Notes under the pieces: generated by a model
The model's input: only the letters and a program-made list of their open reading frames with translations
Databases searched by the model: none
Told to the model about the DNA's origin: nothing
Made by a program: the position numbers and the translations under genes
NCBI GenBank assembly: GCA_964462785.1
Contig: CAYWZA010000002.1
Coordinates: 1,061 to 65,060 of the forward strand
DNA length: 64,000 nt
Source: an uncultured Candidatus Saccharibacteria bacterium
GTDB lineage: Bacteria > Patescibacteriota > Minisyncoccia > Phycocordibacterales > UBA2100
Reading direction: 5' to 3'
Shown: one piece after another, positions 37,766 through 45,917 of the stretch
Position numbering within the stretch: the stretch's first letter is position 1
Layout of the letters: every line of letters starts with the position of its first letter

Positions 37766-38506
37766 TTACCTTTCTGCGCGCCAGAGCAGAATGGTCGTGT
37801 TGTCGTGGAGAATGCCACGGCGTTGGCGCCACTCAAGGATTGTTTTCGCATGTGTGGCTCCCTGCATGATTTCTGCGATTCCCGTGTGCGTTTCCGTGTC
37901 ATACGGGTCGACATCAATGCCATCCGTTGCCACCACCACCGCGCGCGGAGATTTCAGCGTAAAAATTTCAGGCACATCAGAGATGACCGAACGAAGTTCG
38001 GCATCACCCAGCGCACGCGAAAGTTGAAGCATCGGATTTGAATTCGGCGCACCGATATATCCGCACGAATAAGCAGCACCGCGCTCGATGCATGCATAGC
38101 GTTCTACGATATTGGTGTGCACGTTGTGCTGCGGAGCGATCAACACTGAACCGTTTTCTTTACACACAAGGACCGGTGAATCACCGAGGACCGCCACGGT
38201 CACGGTGTCATTGCTTTCGCACACAAAAGCGGCAGAGAGTGTTGAGCCACATTGATAGTGAGCCGTCTCCTGCGCAATACGCGCAGTAGCTTCAGCAAGT
38301 GCCGTGGCGATGCTTTTTGTAAGGAGTGCGATAAAAAATGTTTGGAAATGCTTCCGGCAATACTCAGATACCGCATCTCCGCCGTGTCCGTCGAAAACGG
38401 CAAGAAGGTACCCTTCGATGTGTGCTGTGCGCACCGGAGTGATACAGTAACGGTCTTCCTGATGGTCGCGCTCACCAAGAGCGCGAATGCTGGTCAAGTG
38501 ACTCAT
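37766..38506 (-). CDS. PP2C-family Ser/Thr protein phosphatase
   Basis: The motif DRYCI..........LLAVFDGHGGD, GSTLSAAFV and the C-terminal VVATDGIDV are PP2C metal-binding motifs. Confidence 0.75.
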   Translation of the reverse strand: MSHLTSIRALGERDHQEDRYCITPVRTAHIEGYLLAVFDGHGGDAVSEYCRKHFQTFFIALLTKSIATALAEATARIAQETAHYQCGSTLSAAFVCESNDTVTVAVLGDSPVLVCKENGSVLIAPQHNVHTNIVERYACIERGAAYSCGYIGAPNSNPMLQLSRALGDAELRSVISDVPEIFTLKSPRAVVVATDGIDVDPYDTETHTGIAEIMQGATHAKTILEWRQRRGILHDNTTILLWRAER

Positions 38507-38587
38507 GCACGGGTCTCCTCATCCTGTGTACTGTTGGTATTTTCGCACGAAAAGCGGAGTGGCGCGCGCGTGTGCTACCATCAGGGG

Positions 38588-39016
38588 GTGAAATACATCG
38601 GCATTGATTATGGAGCAAAAAAGATCGGCATTGCGCTGTCGGATGCCGGTGGCACGATAGCGTTTCCGAGTGATGTGATCCCGAATGACGAACACGCCAT
38701 AGGTGCCATTGTGAGCATCATGCTGCGCGAGGGAGCAGAAGGGATTGTGGTGGGCGATACACGCACCGAGAGCGGAGCGGCAAATGATATAACCGTGGCG
38801 CTTGAAACTTTTATCAGCACTCTTGAGCGCGTTGCGGGAGTTTCTGCCGTGCGGATAGCCGAGGCGGGCACGAGTGGTGCCGCGCGCGCCCCACGCGGGG
38901 AGGGGGAGGCGCGGGGGGTGGTGAGCTCAGCGCGCGCTGCGAGTGATGAGGGGGTGGATGCGCGCGCGGCAGCACTCATTCTGCAGCGCTTTCTCGATGT
39001 GCAGCCGCAAGCATGA
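38588..39016 (+). CDS. ruvX: Holliday junction resolvase-like protein YqgF/RuvX
   Basis: A GTG start follows the RBS aggggg. The N-terminus VKYIGIDYGAKKIGIALSD is the RuvX/RNase H-like motif. The longer track ORF from 38252 is a likely artefact. Confidence 0.7.
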   Translation: MKYIGIDYGAKKIGIALSDAGGTIAFPSDVIPNDEHAIGAIVSIMLREGAEGIVVGDTRTESGAANDITVALETFISTLERVAGVSAVRIAEAGTSGAARAPRGEGEARGVVSSARAASDEGVDARAAALILQRFLDVQPQA

Positions 39017-39028
39017 TAGTGTCTTTGT

Positions 39029-39361
39029 ATGGACCAAATTTCATACGATGATTTCGCCAAACTCGACATTCGCATCGGGCGGGTTGTTGCCGCTGAGCGC
39101 GTACCGGAAACCGACAAGCTCATCAAATGCACTGTTGATTTCGGTGAGTTGGGCACACGAACGATTGTTTCGGGCATCGCTCTCTATCGCGCGCCGGAGG
39201 ATATTGTCGGCAAAACATTACCATACATCGTGAATCTCGCGCCGCGCATGCTCAAGGGTATTGAAAGCCAGGGTATGTTATTGGCACTTTCGTTTGGGGA
39301 GGATGGATTTTCATTACTGGTGCCGGACGCCGATGTGCCAGCGGGATCCAGGATTAAGTAA
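39029..39361 (+). CDS. tRNA-binding protein (CsaA/Trbp111-like OB-fold domain)
   Basis: FAKLDIRIGRVVAAERVPETDKL...VDFGELGTRTIVSGI is an EMAP/MetRS C-terminal-like tRNA-binding domain. Confidence 0.65.
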   Translation: MDQISYDDFAKLDIRIGRVVAAERVPETDKLIKCTVDFGELGTRTIVSGIALYRAPEDIVGKTLPYIVNLAPRMLKGIESQGMLLALSFGEDGFSLLVPDADVPAGSRIK

Positions 39362-39366
39362 ATTGA

Positions 39367-40542
39367 ATGACAGTGGATTATGCCGCATATCCGGCATATT
39401 TTGCCTATATAATTGTATGTATGAACGACTTCTCGTGTCGCTGTGAACTGCCGCCACTCAAATCGCGCGGTTTCCTCGACCGGTGGTTTCCACTTCCCAA
39501 CGTGCTGTTTCCCCGCGCAGCGGGGGTGGATATATCTGACAGCTCAGTCAAATGGCTTTCGCTGGAACAAACCCCGCGAGGCTTTCATGTGCGCGCATTC
39601 ACTCAGGTAGCTCTTGAACCGGGGATTGTGGTAGAGGGCATTGTGCGCGATGAGGAAAAACTGGCGCAAGCCATACGCACACTACACGCGCAAGCGCGGA
39701 CGGGGTCATATGTACATGCGGCACTTCCCGAAGAAACCGGCTTTGTATTTACGATGCACGTTGTTGGTCTCGGCAGCAGAGAACAAGTATTGCGCATGAT
39801 CGAATTTGAGATTGAAGATCACGTGCCATTGCCGATTGATAGCATTGTCTACGATTACGATGTCATCAGCCTGCATTCGGGCGATGAGGGGGCTGAAATT
39901 AGCGTGACCGCGTTTCCGAAGTCGATCGTCGAAAGTTATGTTCAGGCGTTCGATCGCGCGGGAATGAAGCTCCTTTCGCTTGAATCTGAGGCAAGCTCAA
40001 TCGTGCGCTCGGTGTTGCCCGCGCACAGCAAGGATGTTGTCCTCATCGCAGACTTTGGACGCGCCCGCACGGGCATCATTATCGTGAACCGCGGTGTCCC
40101 CATTTTCACCTCAACCGTGAGTGTGGGGGGAGATGCCATGACGAAAGTCATCATGGAAACCATGTCGGTTGATGCCGATAAAGCGGAAGAGTTTAAGAAT
40201 GAACATGGTATTGCGCGCGATGGAGACAAGCGCGTTGTCGAGGCGATTGCTGGCACTGCCGGTGCGCTTGCTGATGAAATTGCGAGACACTTTTCATATT
40301 GGGACACGCGGCGCGATGAGCATGGTCGGCGGGTGACGCCAGTTGCGCGCGTGATTTTAACCGGCGGGAGTTCGAATCTAAAAGGACTCGATGAGTATGT
40401 TGCGGGCAGAGTGCGCGCGCCGGCAGGGCATGCACACGTATGGCAGAACGTGTGCTCATTTGATGAATACATTCCGCCGATTGATTCGCATCATGCTCTC
40501 GGGCTTTCAACGGGCATCGGGCTTGCTCTGCGCGGTATCTGA
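39367..40542 (+). CDS. pilM: Type IV pilus assembly protein PilM (actin-like ATPase fold)
   Basis: GVDISDSSVKWLSLE near the N-terminus, GGDAMTKVIM and VILTGGSSNLKGL match PilM/FtsA-like motifs. The gene is followed directly by pilN- and pilO-like genes. Confidence 0.75.
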   Translation: MTVDYAAYPAYFAYIIVCMNDFSCRCELPPLKSRGFLDRWFPLPNVLFPRAAGVDISDSSVKWLSLEQTPRGFHVRAFTQVALEPGIVVEGIVRDEEKLAQAIRTLHAQARTGSYVHAALPEETGFVFTMHVVGLGSREQVLRMIEFEIEDHVPLPIDSIVYDYDVISLHSGDEGAEISVTAFPKSIVESYVQAFDRAGMKLLSLESEASSIVRSVLPAHSKDVVLIADFGRARTGIIIVNRGVPIFTSTVSVGGDAMTKVIMETMSVDADKAEEFKNEHGIARDGDKRVVEAIAGTAGALADEIARHFSYWDTRRDEHGRRVTPVARVILTGGSSNLKGLDEYVAGRVRAPAGHAHVWQNVCSFDEYIPPIDSHHALGLSTGIGLALRGI

Positions 40543-40547
40543 AATAT

Positions 40548-41075
40548 ATGGCAAATCTTCTCACGCATAGCAGCACTCATGGTTACGGCAGTATCGGTCG
40601 GGTGCTTTTGGTCGGCAGTATTGCCGTGATATGTATGGCAGGGAGTATTACACTCGCGCTGCTCCCCACATATTTTGAAATGCGCGCTGAGCGCACAGCG
40701 CGCGAGTCGGTGCTCGGCGCACTGAATGTTAGTGATGCTGACAGCGCGCGCAGCGAACGCGAGAAATTGAGCAGCACGAAAAAACGCTCGACCGCATTAC
40801 TTGAGGTAGGCACAAAGCAACAGGTGAGCGACGCCATACTGCTTGCTGTTTCGGAGAAGCCAAAGGGGGTTACGATTCGGTCGTTTGTGTATGACCGGAA
40901 AGGGACAAAGCCGACATTGGTAGTCTCAGGCAAAGCCTCTGATGGAGCACTGTTTAAAACGTACACCGATATTTTGAAATCAAAAGCGCTGTACGAAAAA
41001 GTGTCTGTCCCGCTTGCGGCACTGGCAAATCTTGAGGGAGGAGACTTCGCTATCACCATGACCGGCGCTTTTTAA
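40548..41075 (+). CDS. PilN-like type IV pilus inner-membrane component
   Basis: 175 aa with one N-terminal TM helix and a coiled-coil. It immediately follows pilM. Confidence 0.5.
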   Translation: MANLLTHSSTHGYGSIGRVLLVGSIAVICMAGSITLALLPTYFEMRAERTARESVLGALNVSDADSARSEREKLSSTKKRSTALLEVGTKQQVSDAILLAVSEKPKGVTIRSFVYDRKGTKPTLVVSGKASDGALFKTYTDILKSKALYEKVSVPLAALANLEGGDFAITMTGAF

Positions 41076-41082
41076 ATCAACT

Positions 41083-41607
41083 ATGCACTATTCGAAATTT
41101 CTTACGTTTATATGCTGCATCGCGGCGTGTGCGGCACTCGGGGGATTAGGGTGGATAGTGCTCACTGTGCGCGCCGATATGGCTGCGCTCGCCGATCTCG
41201 AATTTGCCTACAGTGAGGCGCAGCAAAAATATAGCTATTCGGCTTCCATAAAATCGCTACTCCGCGATATTGCGGGAGAGCGCGAGCAACTATACATGCT
41301 TACCCAGCATCTCGATCCGGTTAAGGTGATTCATGATATTGAAAGTGCAGCACAGGCGGCGAAAATAAAAATGACGGTGCAAGCGGTAAAAGTGGGCAGT
41401 GCGCCGGCGAGTGATCCCACCCTCGAGCCGTTTATTGTTTCTCTGGAGGCGACGGGCACCTTTGAGCAATTACAGCATTTCATCACTTTGATTGAGTTAT
41501 TGCCGTTTCCATCGCGCGTTGAGCAGATTCGTCTTGAGAGGCGTGAAAAAAATTGGCATCTCGAAGCGGTGATTCATGTATACGCAGAGCAGGCGAATGA
41601 TCTATGA
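41083..41607 (+). CDS. PilO-like type IV pilus inner-membrane component
   Basis: 174 aa with an N-terminal TM helix and a coiled-coil. It follows the pilN-like gene. Confidence 0.5.
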   Translation: MHYSKFLTFICCIAACAALGGLGWIVLTVRADMAALADLEFAYSEAQQKYSYSASIKSLLRDIAGEREQLYMLTQHLDPVKVIHDIESAAQAAKIKMTVQAVKVGSAPASDPTLEPFIVSLEATGTFEQLQHFITLIELLPFPSRVEQIRLERREKNWHLEAVIHVYAEQANDL

Positions 41608-41933
41608 AAATTGCTACACACATAAAGACAGCACGCTTCGAGTGGCATACACGGCATGATCCCGGGTGTTTCAGGGCGCTCGCGGTGCGTTTTTGGAAAA
41701 TAGTACTCGTGGCGTGTATGTCAGTTGCAGCACTTTCGCTTGGTTTTGTTGCATGGAGCATGCTCGGGTCGGTCGCGGGCATAGAGGCGCCGACGCCGCG
41801 CGTCGGTAAGGATTCCACAGAGGCGCTCTCGCGCGAGCAAATTAGATCCACGCTCGAGCTCTATGAGAAACGCGCGGTAGATTTTGAGGCAAAGAAAAGT
41901 GCAGCGCAAAAAATCCCTGACCCATCGCTGTAA
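41604..41933 (+). CDS. Hypothetical small membrane protein (109 aa), possibly PilP-like
   Basis: It has one TM helix and a 4-nt overlap with the preceding gene, which suggests operon membership. Confidence 0.35.
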   Translation: MKIATHIKTARFEWHTRHDPGCFRALAVRFWKIVLVACMSVAALSLGFVAWSMLGSVAGIEAPTPRVGKDSTEALSREQIRSTLELYEKRAVDFEAKKSAAQKIPDPSL

Positions 41934-41969
41934 TGTGTGCGTAGAAATGTGTCGAGTCGCGTGATATTC

Positions 41970-42041
41970 TGCGTACATTGCCCTCGTAGTTTAATGGATA
42001 AAACTCCGGACTTCTAAGCCGGCTATCGAGGTTCGATTCCT
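41970..42041 (+). tRNA. tRNA-Arg (anticodon TCT)
   Basis: The acceptor GCCCTCG pairs with CGAGGGC. The D-arm is GTTTAATGGATAAAAC, the anticodon loop is CTTCTAA and the T-arm is CGAGGTTCGATTCCTCG. Confidence 0.75.
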
Positions 42042-42095
42042 CGCGAGGGCACACAAGCACAAAACCTGCCCTGCGGCAGGTTTTGTGCTTGTGTG
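42042..42095 (+). terminator. Strong hairpin terminator after tRNA-Arg-TCT
   Basis: The stem is cacaagcacaaaacctgcc, the loop is ctgc and the return strand is ggcaggttttgtgcttgtg. Confidence 0.7.
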
Positions 42096-42285
42096 CCGGG
42101 CGCAGCGATGTTTTTGTTTGCCGACGCGAAGCGAGGCAAGGCAAAAACCGCGAGCCGGGGTCGCGAGATTTTTCCGTCAGGAAAAATACTCGTGACCACA
42201 AAAAGCGCTTAGTGACCGTCAGGTTGATTCCTACCGAGGGCACACACAAACATCCCGCCTGCGCGTGATGTTTGTGTGTGCCAGC
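42096..42285 (+). repeat. tRNA-linked structured repeat element, copy E3, with a degenerate duplicate of the tRNA-Arg-TCT 3' end and a terminal hairpin
   Basis: The core gcagcgatgtttttgtttgccgacgcgaagcgaggcaaggcaaaaaccgcgagccggggtcgcga is followed by hairpin 2 (gatttttcc, gtca, ggaaaaatac), then tcgtgacc, then ggttgattcctaccgagggcaca at 42222-42244. The matching tRNA 3' end is ggttcgattcctcgcgagggcaca. The perfect inverted repeat cacacacaaacatc...gatgtttgtgtgtg closes the element. Confidence 0.7.
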
Positions 42286-42313
42286 AGGAATGAGCTACTC
42301 GCCTATAGGCGGA

Positions 42314-43819
42314 TCATCCTTTCGAGGTCGATGTCAAGAAACCGCTTCCAACCAAATTGAAAGACGCGTCGTATATGAGAATGTGGTAGTACCCTTCAGA
42401 AAGTCCACCGAATAAAGTTGACCAATTTCCTCCCGAAATAGAAGCGGAATTCGATACTGCAAGATAGCCGCTTCCACCCTTCACAATGTTTCCAACAGAG
42501 CTCCAATCCTTACCGCCTGCGTATTTTATCTCAACGAGAGCCACTGTAAGTGGTCCGCTTACAGATGCCGTGCCAGAGAGCGTGAAGGAGTTGCCAGGCG
42601 CAACGTTTACTGCCGCCATGTACGCTGCGGCGTTTGAGCCAGAATTGATCTGTACTCCTGTCCCATTAAATACATGGGTCGGGTTTGTAACGTAGACTGT
42701 CACTGTTTTTTCTGCCGAAGGTCCATCCTTACCGGTTCCCGGATCATTGGTGCAACCCAATTTATAGGATGTCGTTTGGGAAGGCGAGACAGTCTTTGAA
42801 CCGTTCATTGAAACAATTTCTGTCCACGGCTCGTACAATGAACCGCTCTGTACGAAGCACCGATTTGCATTACTGGAGCTCCACGAGAGTGTTGCAACCT
42901 GTCCTACTAAGATCGTGCTCGGGGATGCTTGGAAAGTTGTGGTGGGTGTTGGCGGTGGGACATATGCATTCGCGACAGTAACAGTTACTTGTCGAATGGC
43001 ATATGCTCCCCCTATGCCCGTATGCGGCGCACAGCGTAATTCGTAGGTCGCGTTTTGAGTGAGGGGGCCGATGACCACCGATGTGACACCGGTTGAGTAA
43101 TTTATCGTTGCTTTACTTAGGTCCACATCCGGAGCCCCCGTAGAGATGGAGCTGATCCCGCATGCTCCAGTATTTGAGGCAGACCATGAGAGCGTGACTG
43201 AGTCCCCGGAAGAAACGCTCGCAGGAGAAGCGTAAAATGTTGTGATTGTAGGACTAGATGAATTTGCTGCGGGCTGAGGTTGTACGCTAGGAGTTGGAGG
43301 GACTACTGTCTGTGCACTGCCACCACACGCCATCGCTGCGCGGGTTTTTGGTCCGGCGTATCCATATCCGGTCGTATCAGCATCTCCAGAGGAAACAACA
43401 CCGCGTGCTGCTTGCCAACGCTGCAGGGCGCGCTCGGTCGCCGGCCCAAAGTATCCCGTAATGCGACCTTCGGGATAAATTGATGAGTTTTGGGCAAGAA
43501 ATTTTTGGAGTTTGGTCACTTCTCCATTCGTCTGCGCATCTGCACGATCGAGATACAAATCAAAGGAAAGAGATATGCAAGATGACGCTGAAGTAGAAGT
43601 TCCTCCGGCACTGGATGAACTTGAGCCGGTAGGGGCGTGTCCACGCAATGATGCTCCCACATTTTGTACTGTAGCGGCATCAGCACCAAATGAAGCCACG
43701 AGGGAAATGATGGCTTGTATCTGACTTTCGGAAAGTGCAGCCTGCGCTGATGCGGGCACAGTTACAAATCCTGATATAAAAAGAGATAGAGCGACGAACG
43801 AGGAAAGCACGAAACGCAT
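42314..43819 (-). CDS. Secreted protein with a PG_binding_1-like domain and Ig-like beta repeats (501 aa), paralogous to the N-terminal part of the 1389-aa protein
   Basis: It has a signal peptide. The segment TKLQKFLAQNSSIYPEGRITGYFGPATERALQRWQAARGVVSSGD aligns with the matching segment of the 3052-7221 protein. The remainder is Ser/Thr/Gly-rich. Confidence 0.65.
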   Translation of the reverse strand: MRFVLSSFVALSLFISGFVTVPASAQAALSESQIQAIISLVASFGADAATVQNVGASLRGHAPTGSSSSSAGGTSTSASSCISLSFDLYLDRADAQTNGEVTKLQKFLAQNSSIYPEGRITGYFGPATERALQRWQAARGVVSSGDADTTGYGYAGPKTRAAMACGGSAQTVVPPTPSVQPQPAANSSSPTITTFYASPASVSSGDSVTLSWSASNTGACGISSISTGAPDVDLSKATINYSTGVTSVVIGPLTQNATYELRCAPHTGIGGAYAIRQVTVTVANAYVPPPTPTTTFQASPSTILVGQVATLSWSSSNANRCFVQSGSLYEPWTEIVSMNGSKTVSPSQTTSYKLGCTNDPGTGKDGPSAEKTVTVYVTNPTHVFNGTGVQINSGSNAAAYMAAVNVAPGNSFTLSGTASVSGPLTVALVEIKYAGGKDWSSVGNIVKGGSGYLAVSNSASISGGNWSTLFGGLSEGYYHILIYDASFNLVGSGFLTSTSKG

Positions 43820-43948
43820 AATAATTAAAGTTATACATTAGCCCAAAATAATAAAACGTACGCTCATAGTAGCATGTGCGGTGAGTTATCGGGGGGGGTG
43901 GGGATTGCCGGCATTTCTGCACAAAACAACGGTCGGGCAATCCTATTT

Positions 43949-44125
43949 GGCGCGCGCTAAGGGACTCGGTCACGGATAATTTTTGTTGCACAAAATTTCC
44001 GCGACCCAGCCTCGGCGTTCCCACTTCGCTCCGCTGCGGGGGACCCTGCGCCTCCGGCTTTCTCGTCCCGTATCACCGCACAAAATAAAATCGCCGAATG
44101 CTGGCGCATCCGGCTTCTTATTTTG
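43949..44125 (-). repeat. tRNA-linked structured repeat element, copy E4 (diverged), with a partial duplicate of the tRNA-Val 3' end
   Basis: Read on the minus strand, hairpin 2 is aattttgt, gcaa, caaaaatt, followed by atccgtgacc, then cgagtcccttagcgc (plus 43953-43968). This matches the tRNA-Val T-arm and acceptor 3' strand for 15 nt. Confidence 0.6.
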
Positions 44126-44198
44126 TGGGCGCTAAGGGACTCGAACCCCTGACCTTCTCAGTGTAAATGAGTTGCTCTACCAACTGAGCTAAGCGCCC
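44126..44198 (-). tRNA. tRNA-Val (anticodon TAC)
   Basis: The reverse complement reads GGGCGCTTAGCTCAGTTGGTAGAGCAACTCATTTACACTGAGAAGGTCAGGGGTTCGAGTCCCTTAGCGCCCA and fits a cloverleaf. There is one A-A mismatch in the anticodon stem. Confidence 0.7.
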
Positions 44199-44220
44199 GT
44201 CTCGCGAGTATACTATATCG

Positions 44221-44493
44221 ATGCAAGAAATTCACTGCATCGTAAAGGGTAGGGTACAGATGGTTATGTACCGCGATTTTGTGAAGCGCGGGGCGCGGGC
44301 GCTGGAGATTGTGGGTTGGGTGAAGAATCTTTCTGATGGAACGGTGGAGGTAGTGGCGCAGGGAGAGAAAACGCAGCTTGAGATGCTCATCGAACGATTG
44401 AAAAGAGGATCGATTCTATCGCACGTGGACGACGTGCATGCAGAATGGCGCCCGTCGAGCGAACACTTTGACTCATTTGAGATAGTACTCTAG
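44221..44493 (+). CDS. acyP: Acylphosphatase
   Basis: 90 aa. VKGRVQMVMYRDFV and GWVKNLSDGTVEV are the acylphosphatase signatures. Confidence 0.75.
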   Translation: MQEIHCIVKGRVQMVMYRDFVKRGARALEIVGWVKNLSDGTVEVVAQGEKTQLEMLIERLKRGSILSHVDDVHAEWRPSSEHFDSFEIVL

Positions 44494-44502
44494 TGTCCCT
44501 CT

Positions 44503-45174
44503 ATGATTACAAAACCGCCGCAATGCATAGGCATCATTCTTGATGGCAATCGCCGATGGGCGAAAGGAAAAGGGCTGCCGAGTTTGGAAGGGCATCGGCA
44601 GGGCGCGGAGCGACTGCGTGACACCGCGCGTTTAGTGCGCGATCGCGGCATCAGGCATCTCGCGGTGTATGCATTTTCGACGGAAAATTGGAATCGCGAT
44701 GAAAAGGAGGTGTCCTATTTGATGGGACTGTTCCGTGACATTGTAGAAACGCATTTTGCGGAACTTGCGAAAGAGGGAATACGTATTCGCTTTGTCGGGC
44801 AGCGTGACCGGTTCGCATCCGATATGCAGGAGCTCATGGCGCGTGTTGAAAAAGATAGCGAGAGCAACGAATCACTCACGCTATGGGTGTGTTTCTCGTA
44901 CGGCGGGCGGGCGGAAATTGCTGCCGCGGCGCAGACGATCTCCGGAGATATTACAGAGGAGTCGATCGCTACCCATCTGTGGACCGCGGGCATGCCCGAT
45001 CCCGATATTGTCATCCGCACCGGCGGTGAAAAACGGCTCTCGGGGTTTCTCACCTGGCAATCTATATATAGTGAGCTGTTCTTTGTGGATGAATATTGGC
45101 CCGATTTTAGCGAGGCGATACTCGATTCCATACTTTCTGAATATGCGCAACGTGAAAGACGTCATGGTAAATAA
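44503..45174 (+). CDS. uppS: Undecaprenyl diphosphate synthase (isoprenyl transferase)
   Basis: IGIILDGNRRWAKGKGLP and ENWNR and the RTGGEKRLSGFLTWQ motifs are UppS hallmarks. Confidence 0.85.
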   Translation: MITKPPQCIGIILDGNRRWAKGKGLPSLEGHRQGAERLRDTARLVRDRGIRHLAVYAFSTENWNRDEKEVSYLMGLFRDIVETHFAELAKEGIRIRFVGQRDRFASDMQELMARVEKDSESNESLTLWVCFSYGGRAEIAAAAQTISGDITEESIATHLWTAGMPDPDIVIRTGGEKRLSGFLTWQSIYSELFFVDEYWPDFSEAILDSILSEYAQRERRHGK

Positions 45175-45916
45175 CACACCAGCAATTCTTTACGAAGACG
45201 ACAGCGTCCTCGTCATCAATAAGCCTGCGGGGCTCATCGTGCATTCCGATGGGCGCACCGAGGAACCATCGGTTGCCGAGTGGATACTCGCACACTATCC
45301 GGCGCTCAAAGACGTCGGCGAGCCGTGGACTTCGCCACAGGGAGAGATCATTCCGCGCCCAGGTATTGTGCACCGCCTCGATCGCACCACTTCGGGTGTG
45401 ATGATTATCGCGAAAACGCAGGAAGCGCATGCGTTTTTAAAAAAACAATTTCACGAACGGACGACAGAAAAAATATATGATGCGATCGTCTACGGGCATC
45501 CGAAAGCGGATGGGGGAGTGATTGAGATGGAGATCGGTCGCACCAAGACAGATCCGCCGCGCTGGTCGGCGATGCGCGGGAAAAAAGGAAAGCTGCGCGC
45601 GGCAATTACCGAGTGGCGCGTCATCACGCGCGGCACGGATCCTGAAACAGGAGAAAGCATCACTCACCTTGAAGCCAGTCCTAAAACAGGTCGCACCCAT
45701 CAAATCCGCGTGCACCTCAAAGCGATTCATCACCCCATCGTGTGCGATCATATCTATGCTGAGGGGAGACCCTGCTTCCTCGGGTTCACACGTCCTGCGC
45801 TCCATGCGCGTTCGCTTTCAATCACGCTTCCTTCAGGCGAACGGCATACCTTTGTCACTGAAATACCCGAGGAGTTTGAACGCATACAAAAAACCGTCCC
45901 CGGAGGGACGGTCTAG
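45164..45916 (+). CDS. RluA-family pseudouridine synthase
   Basis: HRLDRTTSGVMIIAK carries the catalytic Asp motif. ILYEDDSVLVINKPAGL is also present. The start is placed at MVNNTPAIL or at the ATG at 45143. The longer upstream frame overlaps uppS and is unlikely to be real. Confidence 0.7.
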   Translation: MVNNTPAILYEDDSVLVINKPAGLIVHSDGRTEEPSVAEWILAHYPALKDVGEPWTSPQGEIIPRPGIVHRLDRTTSGVMIIAKTQEAHAFLKKQFHERTTEKIYDAIVYGHPKADGGVIEMEIGRTKTDPPRWSAMRGKKGKLRAAITEWRVITRGTDPETGESITHLEASPKTGRTHQIRVHLKAIHHPIVCDHIYAEGRPCFLGFTRPALHARSLSITLPSGERHTFVTEIPEEFERIQKTVPGGTV

Positions 45917-45917
45917 G

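Noticed and set aside
38252-38587. Upstream extension of ruvX to 38252
   Set aside because: The extension overlaps the end of the PP2C gene on the opposite strand. RuvX homology begins at the GTG at 38588, which is preceded by a good RBS.
44756-45163. N-terminal extension of the pseudouridine synthase ORF back to 44756
   Set aside because: The extension lies wholly inside uppS in another frame. RluA homology starts near 45143-45164, so the extension is not real.
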